From Desulfobacterales bacterium (lineage in GTDB: Bacteria; Desulfobacterota; Desulfobacteria; Desulfobacterales; UBA2174): a DNA stretch of 64,000 nt. Shown here one piece after another: positions 49,884 through 59,605 of the stretch. Position 1 is the first letter of the stretch, and the number at the start of each line of letters is the position of its first letter. The position numbers and the translations under genes are program-made. Location: the NCBI GenBank assembly GCA_963668645.2, contig CAXXWC010000018.1, positions 416,001-480,000 of the forward strand, in the 5' to 3' direction. Under the pieces are notes generated by a model. That model searched no databases, was not told the origin of the DNA, and saw only the letters and a list, made by a program, of their open reading frames with translations.

Positions 49884-52355
49884 TCAGACGTAATCACTCG
49901 GTTTGCCGATGAACCCGGCGGCGATGGTCACCGCCAGAGCCAGGGCGTAAAAGAACACCATGGCCTGAAGCCCGCTCAGGCCCAGGGCGCTGCCGCCGGA
50001 AAACACCAGGATCGCCACGGTGAGGCCCAGCGCCATGGGATAGCCCATGGAAAAGAGCATCCAGCGCACCGAACCGGCCTGGAGCTTGACCGCGATGGAG
50101 GTGGCCAGACAGGGCGGGTAGAGGACCATGAAGAGCATCAGCGCCAGGGCGTGCAGGGCCGTAAAGCCCGTCTCGCCCTTGGCCATGCGCTGCTCAAGGG
50201 CCTCGCCCTCCTGCTCCGGCTCGTAGAGGGCGCCAAGGGTGGCCACGCTGCTCTCCTTGGCGGCAAAGGCGCTGAGCAAGGCCACGTTGACACGCCAGTT
50301 GAAGCCGGCAAAGCGGGTCGCCGGTTCGAGCCACTGGCCCAGGCGCCCGAGAAAGCTGCGGTCGATGCGTTCTTTGCGCATCTCGCGCAGCAAGCCCTTG
50401 CGCTGCTTGTAAAGATCCTTGAAGGCCTTGTTGATCTTCCTGGCGACTTTGTCTTTTTCCGGCTGCACGATTTTAAAAAAAAGCGGGTTGCGCTTTTCGT
50501 ATTCGGCGTTGAGGGCCGCCACGGAGGTCTCGTCGTTGGCGGCCATCTTGGCGTCTTTGTATGCGTCCCAGTATTGGACCAGTTCCATGATGTTCTCGCT
50601 GCGGACAGCATCGGCATAGGGGGTTGCGGCGGCCTTCTTTAAAAAGGCTTCCATAGCCTCTTGTTTTTGCGCCTCGAAGTGGGCCTGGCGCTGCGCACCG
50701 ATGCCCGGAAACTGGAGCAAGACGAAGATCACCACCGCCACGGCTGCCACGATGGTGGTAATCTTGCGCACGAAAAGCCAGACCCGCTCCACCGCACGGC
50801 CGAGCACGCCGCGCACCGTGGGCAGGTGGTAGGGCGGCATCTCCATCACGAAGGGCGCCGTTTCCTTGTCCTTGAGAACCGTCATGGTAAGGAGCTTGGA
50901 GACCGGCAGGACCATCAGTAGGCTGATGGTGGAGATGAAGAACATGGCCCAGGCCTTGTGGGCGGCGAAATAGATATTGATCAGCAGTACGTAGAGCGGC
51001 ACCTTGGCCAGGCAGTTGAGCAGGGGAATGATCAGGATGGTGGCCAGACGCGAGCGTTCGTCCGGGATGCCCTTGCAGGACATGACCGCGGGCACGGCGC
51101 AGCCGCCCACGTAGATCCCGCCGAGCACCATGGGCAGGGTCGACTGCCCGTGCAACCCGTAGCGGGAAAAGAGCCGGTCCATGATAAAAGCCATGCGCGG
51201 CATGTAGCCGCTGTCCTCTAGGATGGCGATCAGCCCGAAGAGGATGAAGAAGATCGGAATGTAGTTGAGCAGCGCGTTGACGCTGTCGACGAACCACAGC
51301 ACAAAGGACCGCAGCAGCGGGATCTCAATGAACCCCGGCTGAGGCGTGACCGCCTCGGCCAGGCTGCGGATTTTGGCCAGCAGCGGCCAGGTGTAGTTGG
51401 TGAGGTTGTATCCCTGGACGATGGAAAGGTAGTAGAGCAGCCAGATGACTCCCAGTAGGAAGAGGGGGCCGAGCAGGCGGTGACACACCACCCGGTCGAT
51501 GCGGTCCGAGAGGGTGCCGGCTCCTTGGCGGCCGGCCTTGACGCACTGGCGTTCGATGTCGTCCGCTTCGCGGTAGCGCCGATGGGTGATGTGCAGTTCG
51601 GCCGAGTTCTCGAAGCGGGCCTCGAAGTCGCTGCGTAATTTTCGCACCATAGCGACGATTTCTTCCCCTTGAGTGCTTGAAGCGCGCACCAGGCGTTCGA
51701 CTTCGCTGTCGCCCTCCATCATTTTGATGGCACACCAGCGCAAGGGGTAGACCCGATCCAGAGCGGTTGCGGCGGCCAACCGGTCCTCGATATCCCGGAA
51801 GAAGGGCTCCATTTCACCGTAGTCGATACGCACGGTCCGTTTTCGCCGGTCGGCGTCGGCGGCGGTGGCGGCCACGGCTTCCAAAAGCTCCGTCCTGCCG
51901 CGGCCGGACTTCATGGCGCTGGGGACCACCGGCACACCCAGACGCTCGGCCAGTCGCTGCGTATCGATGGCTATCCCGAGCCGATCGGCCACGTCCATCA
52001 TGTTGAGGTTGAGAACCAACGGAATCTCCATCTCCAGAAGCTGGAAGGTGAGATAGAGGCTGCGCTTGAGGTTGGAGGCGTCGGTGACGTTGACCACCAC
52101 CGAAGGCCGTTCGTGGAGGATGAAATCCCGCGACACCCGCTCTTCGGGCGAGTAGGAGGTCAGGCTGTAGGTGCCCGGCAGATCGACCACCTCGACCTTG
52201 TATCCGTCATGCTTGTAGAACCCGGTCATCTTGTCCACGGTGACGCCGGGGTAGTTGGCGACATGCTGGCTGGCGCCGGTCAGGGCGTTGAAGACCGTGG
52301 ACTTGCCGCAGTTTGGCTGTCCGGCCAGGGCTAAAAGGACCTTGTCAGGCTTCAC
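49884..52355 (-). CDS. feoB: Ferrous iron transporter B
   Basis: GQPNCGKST, NYPGVTV, DLPGTYS, NMMD, LEDSGYMPR, GC.VP, FVMEMPPY, LYPPC. Confidence 0.97.
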   Translation of the reverse strand: MKPDKVLLALAGQPNCGKSTVFNALTGASQHVANYPGVTVDKMTGFYKHDGYKVEVVDLPGTYSLTSYSPEERVSRDFILHERPSVVVNVTDASNLKRSLYLTFQLLEMEIPLVLNLNMMDVADRLGIAIDTQRLAERLGVPVVPSAMKSGRGRTELLEAVAATAADADRRKRTVRIDYGEMEPFFRDIEDRLAAATALDRVYPLRWCAIKMMEGDSEVERLVRASSTQGEEIVAMVRKLRSDFEARFENSAELHITHRRYREADDIERQCVKAGRQGAGTLSDRIDRVVCHRLLGPLFLLGVIWLLYYLSIVQGYNLTNYTWPLLAKIRSLAEAVTPQPGFIEIPLLRSFVLWFVDSVNALLNYIPIFFILFGLIAILEDSGYMPRMAFIMDRLFSRYGLHGQSTLPMVLGGIYVGGCAVPAVMSCKGIPDERSRLATILIIPLLNCLAKVPLYVLLINIYFAAHKAWAMFFISTISLLMVLPVSKLLTMTVLKDKETAPFVMEMPPYHLPTVRGVLGRAVERVWLFVRKITTIVAAVAVVIFVLLQFPGIGAQRQAHFEAQKQEAMEAFLKKAAATPYADAVRSENIMELVQYWDAYKDAKMAANDETSVAALNAEYEKRNPLFFKIVQPEKDKVARKINKAFKDLYKQRKGLLREMRKERIDRSFLGRLGQWLEPATRFAGFNWRVNVALLSAFAAKESSVATLGALYEPEQEGEALEQRMAKGETGFTALHALALMLFMVLYPPCLATSIAVKLQAGSVRWMLFSMGYPMALGLTVAILVFSGGSALGLSGLQAMVFFYALALAVTIAAGFIGKPSDYV

Positions 52356-52575
52356 GGCCGTCCACCTCCACGAAGCGGGCCTCGGCGTGCCGCAGACTGA
52401 CAAACTGCCCGTCGACCTCCACTTCCATCGGGTCGTCCAGAGGAGCGTTGCGCACCACCCGCAGGTGCAGCCCGGGATAGATTCCCATGTCCATCAGGCG
52501 CTGGCCGAGCCGGTCGCGCACCGAAAGACGCGTGATGCGGCAGTGGCTGCCGGGTTTAAGCTGATCCAGTGTCAT
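52345..52575 (-). CDS. feoA: Ferrous iron transport protein A
   Basis: RLMDMGIYPG...RNAPLDDP...LRHAEA. Confidence 0.96.
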   Translation of the reverse strand: MTLDQLKPGSHCRITRLSVRDRLGQRLMDMGIYPGLHLRVVRNAPLDDPMEVEVDGQFVSLRHAEARFVEVDGREA

Positions 52576-52750
52576 TGAGCCTCCTTTTAATCCCGCGGCG
52601 TTATCGCCGCCAGGCCGTTGAGCCGGCCCGTCCGTGGTGGAGGATTGATCGAAAAAAAAGGCGCAACCGGAAACGGACCATAGCCGCCGGTTACGCCTTC
52701 ACTTCCTTCGCGCCGCAAGGGCCGAAGGACGTAAGACATCCCTTTATTAA

Positions 52751-52764
52751 TTAGAGCCATCTAT
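52751..52764. promoter_or_regulatory. DtxR/IdeR-like box upstream of feoA
   Basis: TTAGA-GCCA-TCTAT, 38 nt downstream of a minus-strand TTGACA (52803-52808). Confidence 0.65.
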
Positions 52765-52872
52765 CTATGTAAGGGTATTCATATGGCACGAACCGTTTTG
52801 TTTGTCAAGCAGTTTTTACTCCCGCCACTTTGCCTCTACCTTTGAGCGGGAAAAAGGGGTAAGTCGATTGTC

Positions 52873-53997
52873 ATGAAAACTGATTCTTCCCACGCGCAAG
52901 ATGTCCGCGGCGCCTTTGCCCGCCCGGCCGGAATCCTTCCGGTTCTGTTCCTCCTGGCAGCTATCTGGGCCTTGCCCGCCGGCCCCGAAGACAAGACCCG
53001 CAGCACGCTGGCCGTCGTTTTTCTCAGTATCGTCCTGGAAGCGCTTCCCTTCATGTTCATCGGGTCCCTGGCGGGCGGTTTGATCGAGGCCTTTGTGAGT
53101 CGCGAGCGCATGGCATCGTTTCTGCCGCGCCGGCGGTGGTGTGCCGTCTTTATCGCCGCCGCCGCCGGTATCGTGTTCCCGGTCTGCGAGTGCGCCGTCG
53201 TGCCGGTGGTACGGCGATTGACCGGCAAGGGGCTGCCGTTGTCGGCCGCTGTCGGCTACCTGCTCGGCGGCCCCCTGGTCAACCCGGTGGTGGCCGTCTC
53301 GACAGCCATGGCCTACGGCTTCGACTGGCGCGTGGCCCTGATGAGACTCGCTGCGGGGTATGTCATCGCCGTGACCATCGGCCTGCTGATGGGGTGGCTT
53401 TTCCGCGAGGTTGACGCCCTGCACCCGCAAGCATGCCTGCAGCAGCGCGGCGGATGCTCCCATCGGCATTGCGCGACAATTGACGTCCGTTCGAAGCCGG
53501 GCGGGGAGGCGGTTTTTCAGGACCTGCCGCAAGCGGCCGCCGGCACCTGTGGCGGATGCCATGGTGGCGCCGGCCGGTCGTGGCTCGACAAGGTGGGTGC
53601 GGCCTTTGTCCATGCGGCCGACGATTTTATGGCCGTGGGCCACTATCTGGTGATCGGCGCTTTTATCGCCGCCGTGGCGCAGACGCTGGCCGACCGGTCG
53701 AGCTTCGTGGCGCTGAACAGTGTGGCCGGGCTGCCCATCGCCGCCATGATGGCCCTGGCGGTGCTGCTCAACCTCTGCTCGGAGGCCGATGCTTTTGTTG
53801 CGGCCTCTTTCCGGGGGATGATGCCCTTGTCGGGCCAGCTCGCCTTCATGCTGACAGGCCCCTTGTTCGATCTCAAACTGCTGCTCATGTACCAGGGCCT
53901 TTTCCGGCGGCGGGCCATCGTCGCCTTGGCGCTGATGGTCCTTGTGGCCGTTGCCGGGGTGGCCCAATGCCTTGCGTGGATCACCGGAGGGGCGTGA
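52873..53997 (+). CDS. DUF318/ArsP-type permease
   Basis: EALPF, FPVCEC, P.VNPV, Cys/His-rich loop, LCSEADAFVA. Confidence 0.88.
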   Translation: MKTDSSHAQDVRGAFARPAGILPVLFLLAAIWALPAGPEDKTRSTLAVVFLSIVLEALPFMFIGSLAGGLIEAFVSRERMASFLPRRRWCAVFIAAAAGIVFPVCECAVVPVVRRLTGKGLPLSAAVGYLLGGPLVNPVVAVSTAMAYGFDWRVALMRLAAGYVIAVTIGLLMGWLFREVDALHPQACLQQRGGCSHRHCATIDVRSKPGGEAVFQDLPQAAAGTCGGCHGGAGRSWLDKVGAAFVHAADDFMAVGHYLVIGAFIAAVAQTLADRSSFVALNSVAGLPIAAMMALAVLLNLCSEADAFVAASFRGMMPLSGQLAFMLTGPLFDLKLLLMYQGLFRRRAIVALALMVLVAVAGVAQCLAWITGGA

Positions 53998-54764
53998 TGA
54001 AGGTGCCGCAGGCCTTGGTACGGCGCTGGATGTCGCCCATCGTGTTCGGCGTCTGGATGTTGGCGCTGATTTATCTTCTGGCTACCAGGCGCTACACTGC
54101 ATTTTTGCGGCCGGAATTCGGGCTTCTTCTGGCCCTGGCGCACTTTGTCGCCATGGGATTCATGATCGCCGGCATGGCAGCGGAGACCCATTTGCCGGCC
54201 GACCGCTCCCGTGCCCTGCGGGCGGCGATTTTGTTGCTGCCGGTTGCTTACCTGGCTTTCATACCTTCCAGTTCCCTGGGATCACGAGCCTTTCAATCCC
54301 GTTTCACCGGCCCTTCGCTTGCGGTTGGTGCAGACAGCGCCGGCTTGCCTCCGGCCCAAGGGAGCCTTTCCACCCAAAGGCGGCTTTGGGATTCGGAAAG
54401 CGAAAAAACGGATCTGCAAACATCCGGTGAGCAGACCCTCCTCGAGCTGTACCTCGACCCGCGGCGCTATGACGGGCAGCCGGTGGCCGTCACGGGAATG
54501 CTCATGCGCGATGCGCTGCTCGAACCCTACTTCGGCGGCCGGGACACGGCCGTCTATCGCTTCCTGATCACCTGCTGTGCGGCCGATGCCCTGCCGTTGG
54601 CCATCGCCCTCGATCCGAAGCAGGTGGCCGGCTTGAAAGTCGATCAGTGGATCGCCGTGGCGGGGACCTTTCGCATGATTGAGACCGGATCCAGCCCAGT
54701 CCCGGTGATCGAGAACGCCACGGTCCGCACGATCAAGGCGCCGTCTCAGCCCTACCTGTTCTGA
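53997..54764 (+). CDS. TIGR03943/DUF1980 putative permease partner
   Basis: RFLITCCAADA, DQWIAVAG, PSQPYLF; overlaps the permease stop codon. Confidence 0.85.
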   Translation: MKVPQALVRRWMSPIVFGVWMLALIYLLATRRYTAFLRPEFGLLLALAHFVAMGFMIAGMAAETHLPADRSRALRAAILLLPVAYLAFIPSSSLGSRAFQSRFTGPSLAVGADSAGLPPAQGSLSTQRRLWDSESEKTDLQTSGEQTLLELYLDPRRYDGQPVAVTGMLMRDALLEPYFGGRDTAVYRFLITCCAADALPLAIALDPKQVAGLKVDQWIAVAGTFRMIETGSSPVPVIENATVRTIKAPSQPYLF

Positions 54765-54923
54765 CCTGTCTTTTTCAATGGGAATGGGGGTTGAAATGAA
54801 ACACCTTGAGGTAGCAAGGCGGCATGCGTTGCGCAAAGCGGCGCGCAACCCTTCCGGTCACGGTTAGTCTGTCAATGTGCCGGAGTGCTCATCAAAAATG
54901 GCTAACGCCGCGGGCAGTGCACC

Positions 54924-55511
54924 CTAAGACTTCGGTTCACAGGCGGTGCAGTCACCGCAACCAATCTCCTCGCCGGTCGACGCCTGCCGCTGCAGTTCAT
55001 CCGAAAAGTGAGCCGAGCGTTCCGGGCAGTCATCCGGCGGCTTGCCGTGGCGGCGGTACTCGTCGAAGCGATCGAGCCAGTTGGGGCCGGTGCGCGGGCA
55101 GTTGCGGATAAAATCCATAAAATCGGTGAGCCGTTCCAGGGTCTCCAGGCTCAGGTTGTGCTCCATGCTGCAGGCCTCTCCGTCGGCTATGGCGGCGTCG
55201 ATCTTGAGCACCTCGGTCAGGAAACTGGACAGCAGTTCGTGGCGCCGGCGCATCTCCCTGCCGACGCGTTTGCCCCCGGCTGTAAGGTCGACGTACTCGT
55301 ACTTGCGGTACTTGACCAGGCCGCGCTCGTCCAGGTTCTTGAGCATGCTGGTAACCGTGGGCATCTTGACCCCCATACGCCGGGCGATGTCCTTGACGCG
55401 CACGACCTTCTGTTCCCGATCCAGATCGAAAATCGCTTCCAGGTAGTCTTCCATAACGGATGTCAGCGGTCCTGGCGGTGTTCGACTGGGCCCCTCTTTT
55501 CTCGGTTCCAT
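54924..55511 (-). CDS. DtxR/MntR/IdeR metal-dependent repressor
   Basis: MEDYLEAI, VKDIARRMGVKMPTVT, RRHELL..FL, EACSMEH; Cys-rich C-terminal tail. Confidence 0.93.
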   Translation of the reverse strand: MEPRKEGPSRTPPGPLTSVMEDYLEAIFDLDREQKVVRVKDIARRMGVKMPTVTSMLKNLDERGLVKYRKYEYVDLTAGGKRVGREMRRRHELLSSFLTEVLKIDAAIADGEACSMEHNLSLETLERLTDFMDFIRNCPRTGPNWLDRFDEYRRHGKPPDDCPERSAHFSDELQRQASTGEEIGCGDCTACEPKS

Positions 55512-55544
55512 GGTCGCCTCCAGAGTTTTAACCTGCTATACGTA

Positions 55545-55558
55545 ATAGGTAATCCTAA
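55545..55558. promoter_or_regulatory. DtxR-like box at the repressor's own promoter
   Basis: ATAGG-TAAT-CCTAA overlapping the -10 region of a minus-strand TTGACG promoter. Confidence 0.7.
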
Positions 55559-55577
55559 TCCAAGGGATGTATCGCCG

Positions 55578-55931
55578 TCAAGCCGCCTTTGCCCGGCAAC
55601 CGCCGCAGTTTCCGCCGCAGCCAACCGTTGCGCAGCCGTAATCGGCTTTTTCGGCGGTCGCAGGTGCCGTTGCCATCGTTGCAGGCGCTTTGTCCGCAAT
55701 GAAGCCTTTGCCCTGGCAGTGCGGACAGCGCAGGCCGCCACGGATGACGCGCACCACCCCCGGCCCGAGCCGGACCACCTGAAAGGGGTGGCCCTGTTCA
55801 GCCATGTACCCCACCAGCCATTTGACGAAAAATTTGTTTTTCAAGGTCACCGCCTCGAATTCACCCCGCTCGATCTGGGTGACGAGTTTGAATTGGAAGT
55901 TGCGCATCACCTTGGATTCGCGTTTGGTCAT
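55578..55931 (-). CDS. Cys-rich hypothetical protein
   Basis: AAGGAG RBS; CPHCQGKG and C-terminal GCATVGCGGNCGGC. Confidence 0.7.
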   Translation of the reverse strand: MTKRESKVMRNFQFKLVTQIERGEFEAVTLKNKFFVKWLVGYMAEQGHPFQVVRLGPGVVRVIRGGLRCPHCQGKGFIADKAPATMATAPATAEKADYGCATVGCGGNCGGCRAKAA

Positions 55932-56002
55932 GTTTCGGCTCCTTTCGGGACTGCCGGTTGACTGCGGTCTTGTGATCCGGATATCCGGCCGAGCAGATTA
56001 AG

Positions 56003-56039
56003 TTAGATTATACTAATAAAAGTTATTGTCAATAACTTT
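56003..56039. promoter_or_regulatory. DtxR-like box plus a perfect 10-1-10 palindrome over the -35
   Basis: TTAGA-TTAT-ACTAA (56003-56016); AAAGTTATTG-T-CAATAACTTT (56019-56039). Confidence 0.6.
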
Positions 56040-56219
56040 ATTCGGCATAGAACTCGGAATGGATTCTGTCGCCATTGCCATCCGATGCGATTTTGGATAA
56101 CAAATCCGCTCCAGCGGCCGGCGCTTTGCTGGAGCGCCAAATGCGGTGCACGCTGCGGCCTCTGAAGACCCGCAGTGCCGTGCAACCTGAATGCAAAAAA
56201 GAAAGTTCACCTTCTGGCG

Positions 56220-58586
56220 ATGGATGCCAAACAGGATAGGGTTTCGGCCAAGCCGCAAATTTCGGTGGCGGCGCGCGTCCTGGCCGAGCATGTGCTGCAA
56301 GGCGGGGATCTGGCTTTCAGCTTCCTAGGCTCGGTGCGCGCTCAGGAAGGGATCGCCGGCCACCGCCGGGTTCAGGCCTCGCGGCCCGAGGGCTATCAGC
56401 GAGAAGTCGCGGTGGCCTGCCGGGTGGAGACCGGGGACTTTGTACTCGACATCGGCGGGCGCATCGACGGGGTCTGGGACCTGGACGGGCAGGTGGTGCT
56501 CGAAGAGATCAAGACCACCATCCAACCGCTGGAAGCGGCGGCCGGGGCCGATAATCCCGTGCATTGGGGCCAGGCCCGGATCTACGCCCACATGCTGGCC
56601 CAAGAGCGGGGTCTGGCGCAGGTCACCGTCCAGTTGACATATTACCATCTGGAAACCGGCAAGCTTAAGGAGCTGCGCCGCACCGAAACGCGCACGGCCC
56701 TGGCGGAGTTTTTCGAGGCGGTGGTCGGCCGCTACCTGGACTGGATCCGTATCCTGCTCGCGGGCCGCGCCCGGCGCGATGCGGCCATCGCCAGCCTTGA
56801 GTTTCCCTTCGGCCGATACCGTCCCGGCCAGCGAGAAATGGCCGTGGCCGTGTTTCGCGCGGCGCGCGACGGCCATCCGTTGATGGTTCAGGCTCCCACC
56901 GGGATCGGCAAGACCATGGCGGCCTGGTTTCCGGCCGTCAAGGCGGTGGGCGCCGGTCTGGTCGAGCGGGTCTTCTTTCTCACGGCCCGCACCACCGGAC
57001 GCCTGGCGGCCGAAGACGCCATGGCCCGCCTGCGGTCGGCCGGCCTCTATTTCAGGGTTCTGAGCCTGACGGCCAAGGACCGGATCTGTTTTGCCCCCGA
57101 TGCGACCTGCGGGCCGGAGGACTGCCCCTATGCCCGGGGCCATTTCGACCGGTTGATGCCTGCATTGCGGGCGGCCCTGGAAGAGCAGGCCCTGACCCGC
57201 GCGCGGGTCGAAGCCCTGGCGGGTGATCACCGCGTCTGCCCCTTTGAATTCTCCGTGAGCCTGGCGTCCCACGTGGACGGGATTATCGGCGACTACAACT
57301 ACGCCTTCGATCCGCGGGTACGCCTCAGGTCCCTTTTCGAAGCCGAGGGGGTCGGCCGTACCCTGCTGCTGGTGGATGAGGCCCACAACCTGGTGGACCG
57401 GGGGCGTGAGATGTATTCGGCGGATCTGGGCAAGCAGGCGGTTTTGGCTGTGCGCCGGGAGGTCAAAACGGTCGCACCGAAGCTGTACCGGGCCTTGGGC
57501 AGGGTCGGCCGCGCCATCTCCGCCGTGCCTAAGGAGGGGGCGGAAGGGGTGTCCGAGACGCCTCCCGAGGCTTTGCTGGACGAATTGAAAGGCGCCCTGC
57601 GTGCGAGCGAGGCGGTGCTGCTGCGCCATCCCGGCGCTCAATGGCGCCAGGCCGTGATGGATCTCTATTTTCAGATGCTCGCCTTCGCGCGCATCGGCGA
57701 CGGCTATGACCGGCGTTATGTGACGCTTGCCACAGGGCCGGCCAAGGAGGTGCAGGTGCGCCTCTTCTGCCTGGATCCGTCCCCAGGGCTTGCCGAGACC
57801 TTATCCCACTGTAATGCGGCGGTATTTTTCTCGGCCACCCTCACCCCGATGGACTACTTCCAGGCCCTTTTCGGCCTTCCGGCGCAAACGGCGCGCTGCT
57901 GCCTGCCCTCGCCGTTTCCAGAGGAGCGCTTCGGAATTTTCGTGCTTTCTTCGGTTTCCACCTATTACCGGGATCGTTCCCGAACCCTGGAGCCGGTGGT
58001 CGAGGCCATCGGGGCCGCCGTCGATGCAAGGACGGGCAATTACCTGGTCTTCTTCCCCTCCTATGCCTATCTGGAACAGGTTTACGACGTCTTTGTGCAC
58101 CGTTGGCCCGGAACCGCCGTGCAATGTCAGACGCCCAGGATGGGAGATCAAGCGCGGGACGATTTTCTGGCCTGGTTTCCCGAGGCGCCCTGCCATACCC
58201 GGGTGGGATTTGCCGTGATGGGCGGGGTCTTCGGTGAGGGGATCGATCTTGTCGGCGAGCGGCTCACCGGCGCGGTGGTGGTAGGGGTCGGCCTGCCGGC
58301 CATCTGCCCAGAGCGCGAACAGATCAAACGGTTTTTCGACGGAGAAATGGGGACCGGGTTCGATTTCGCCTACCGTTTTCCGGGCCTCAACCGGGTCTTG
58401 CAGGCCGCCGGACGGGTGATCCGTTCGCCTGAGGACAGGGGCGTGGTGGTGCTCATCGATGCCCGCTACAGCCGAAGTGCCTACCGCCGGTTGTTGCCCC
58501 TGCACTGGCGGCCGCGGCCGGTCGGCCGGATTGGGCGCCTGGCCGATGGGCTGGCCGATTTCTGGGACGGTGCGCAGACGGATTAG
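56220..58586 (+). CDS. DinG/Rad3-family Fe-S DNA helicase with N-terminal PD-(D/E)XK nuclease-like domain
   Basis: GRIDG...EEIKT...Q..IY; APTGIGKT; four Cys; DEAHNL; QAAGRVIR. Confidence 0.92.
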   Translation: MDAKQDRVSAKPQISVAARVLAEHVLQGGDLAFSFLGSVRAQEGIAGHRRVQASRPEGYQREVAVACRVETGDFVLDIGGRIDGVWDLDGQVVLEEIKTTIQPLEAAAGADNPVHWGQARIYAHMLAQERGLAQVTVQLTYYHLETGKLKELRRTETRTALAEFFEAVVGRYLDWIRILLAGRARRDAAIASLEFPFGRYRPGQREMAVAVFRAARDGHPLMVQAPTGIGKTMAAWFPAVKAVGAGLVERVFFLTARTTGRLAAEDAMARLRSAGLYFRVLSLTAKDRICFAPDATCGPEDCPYARGHFDRLMPALRAALEEQALTRARVEALAGDHRVCPFEFSVSLASHVDGIIGDYNYAFDPRVRLRSLFEAEGVGRTLLLVDEAHNLVDRGREMYSADLGKQAVLAVRREVKTVAPKLYRALGRVGRAISAVPKEGAEGVSETPPEALLDELKGALRASEAVLLRHPGAQWRQAVMDLYFQMLAFARIGDGYDRRYVTLATGPAKEVQVRLFCLDPSPGLAETLSHCNAAVFFSATLTPMDYFQALFGLPAQTARCCLPSPFPEERFGIFVLSSVSTYYRDRSRTLEPVVEAIGAAVDARTGNYLVFFPSYAYLEQVYDVFVHRWPGTAVQCQTPRMGDQARDDFLAWFPEAPCHTRVGFAVMGGVFGEGIDLVGERLTGAVVVGVGLPAICPEREQIKRFFDGEMGTGFDFAYRFPGLNRVLQAAGRVIRSPEDRGVVVLIDARYSRSAYRRLLPLHWRPRPVGRIGRLADGLADFWDGAQTD

Positions 58587-58747
58587 GCCGGAGAAGAACG
58601 ATTCTTGATAGCGGCGCTTGCCGGCCGCAGGTCCATCTGGTAGCCTGAAACGGTCCAGGGCGTATTTGGGCGCAGGCAGATGGCCGTTTGGGCTGCGGTC
58701 CCTTGCAACGAATGCCGATAGTTGCGTAATTACCAGAAAGGTCCGGC

Positions 58748-59119
58748 ATGGACACGCCACCCCCCCCCGATCTGGATGAACTTAGGCGGCGCCACGAGAC
58801 CGCTCTGGAGTCGTCGGCCCGGGCGGTGGAAGGCAATGCCGGGGTCTACCGCGATCTGCGGCGCAACGCGGCCCTGGTGGCCTATGGAACCCTGGATATC
58901 GGGGCATATTACAAGACGGCCGAGGAGATGGTGGGCTGCTTAGAGGCCCTGTGCCGCACCGGGGCCGGGACGCTGTTTGTCTTCTACCGGCGGGCGCTGG
59001 ACCCCAAAAGCGAAGGGCATATACGGACCTTCCGTCCGCTGTGCTGCGATTTGTTGGCGACCCTGGAAGCGCTGGACCGCTGGCGCCGGGCCAAACGCCG
59101 GATCCGGTGTGTCAAGTAA
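58748..59119 (+). CDS. Hypothetical protein
   Basis: 123-aa ORF with plausible composition and a purine-rich upstream sequence. Confidence 0.6.
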   Translation: MDTPPPPDLDELRRRHETALESSARAVEGNAGVYRDLRRNAALVAYGTLDIGAYYKTAEEMVGCLEALCRTGAGTLFVFYRRALDPKSEGHIRTFRPLCCDLLATLEALDRWRRAKRRIRCVK

Positions 59120-59128
59120 TCGGCCCGG

Positions 59129-59311
59129 TCAGCTTTTCTTGGACGCGTATCCATCGGCGTACCAGCCGCCTCCTTTGAGGGCGAAACTGCACGTGGAGAT
59201 GATCTTTTCAGCCTTGGCACCGCATGCGGGACATTTGATGGTTTCGGTCCCCATGCGGACCAGCTCTTCGGTGACGTGGCCGCAGGGGCATTTGAATTCA
59301 TAAACCGGCAT
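59129..59311 (-). CDS. FmdB-family zinc-ribbon protein
   Basis: MPVYEFKC.CG...CPACG...FALKGGGWY. Confidence 0.9.
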   Translation of the reverse strand: MPVYEFKCPCGHVTEELVRMGTETIKCPACGAKAEKIISTCSFALKGGGWYADGYASKKS

Positions 59312-59398
59312 TGTCGCAGATTCCTTTTTGCTCCGGGCGGGAAAATCGCCGGAGCGCGTTGATTCGGGCTTTTACCTTCGGTTGCCAGTCAGGTCTCT

Positions 59399-59605
59399 TC
59401 AACCCTTGGCGGACATGCACTTGGGCGGCTTGAACCCTCCGCTGCCGCTGGGAATTCCGTGGGGACGCACGCTGCCCGCCGACATGAGCTTTTCTACCTC
59501 CCGGGCAGAGCAGCTGGGGCAGGCCGGAGCTTCCGGGTCTCCGGGAAGCACCAGAGTTTCAAAACGGCACTGGCACCGATTGCACTGATATTCAAAAATG
59601 GGCAT
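59399..59605 (-). CDS. FmdB-family zinc-ribbon protein
   Basis: MPIFEYQCNRC...FE...CPSC...KLMS. Confidence 0.9.
   Translation of the reverse strand: MPIFEYQCNRCQCRFETLVLPGDPEAPACPSCSAREVEKLMSAGSVRPHGIPSGSGGFKPPKCMSAKG

Noticed and set aside
56220..58586. Type IV CRISPR CasDinG or Cas4
   Set aside because: No array or other cas genes; the nuclease-DinG fusion is a common standalone repair helicase
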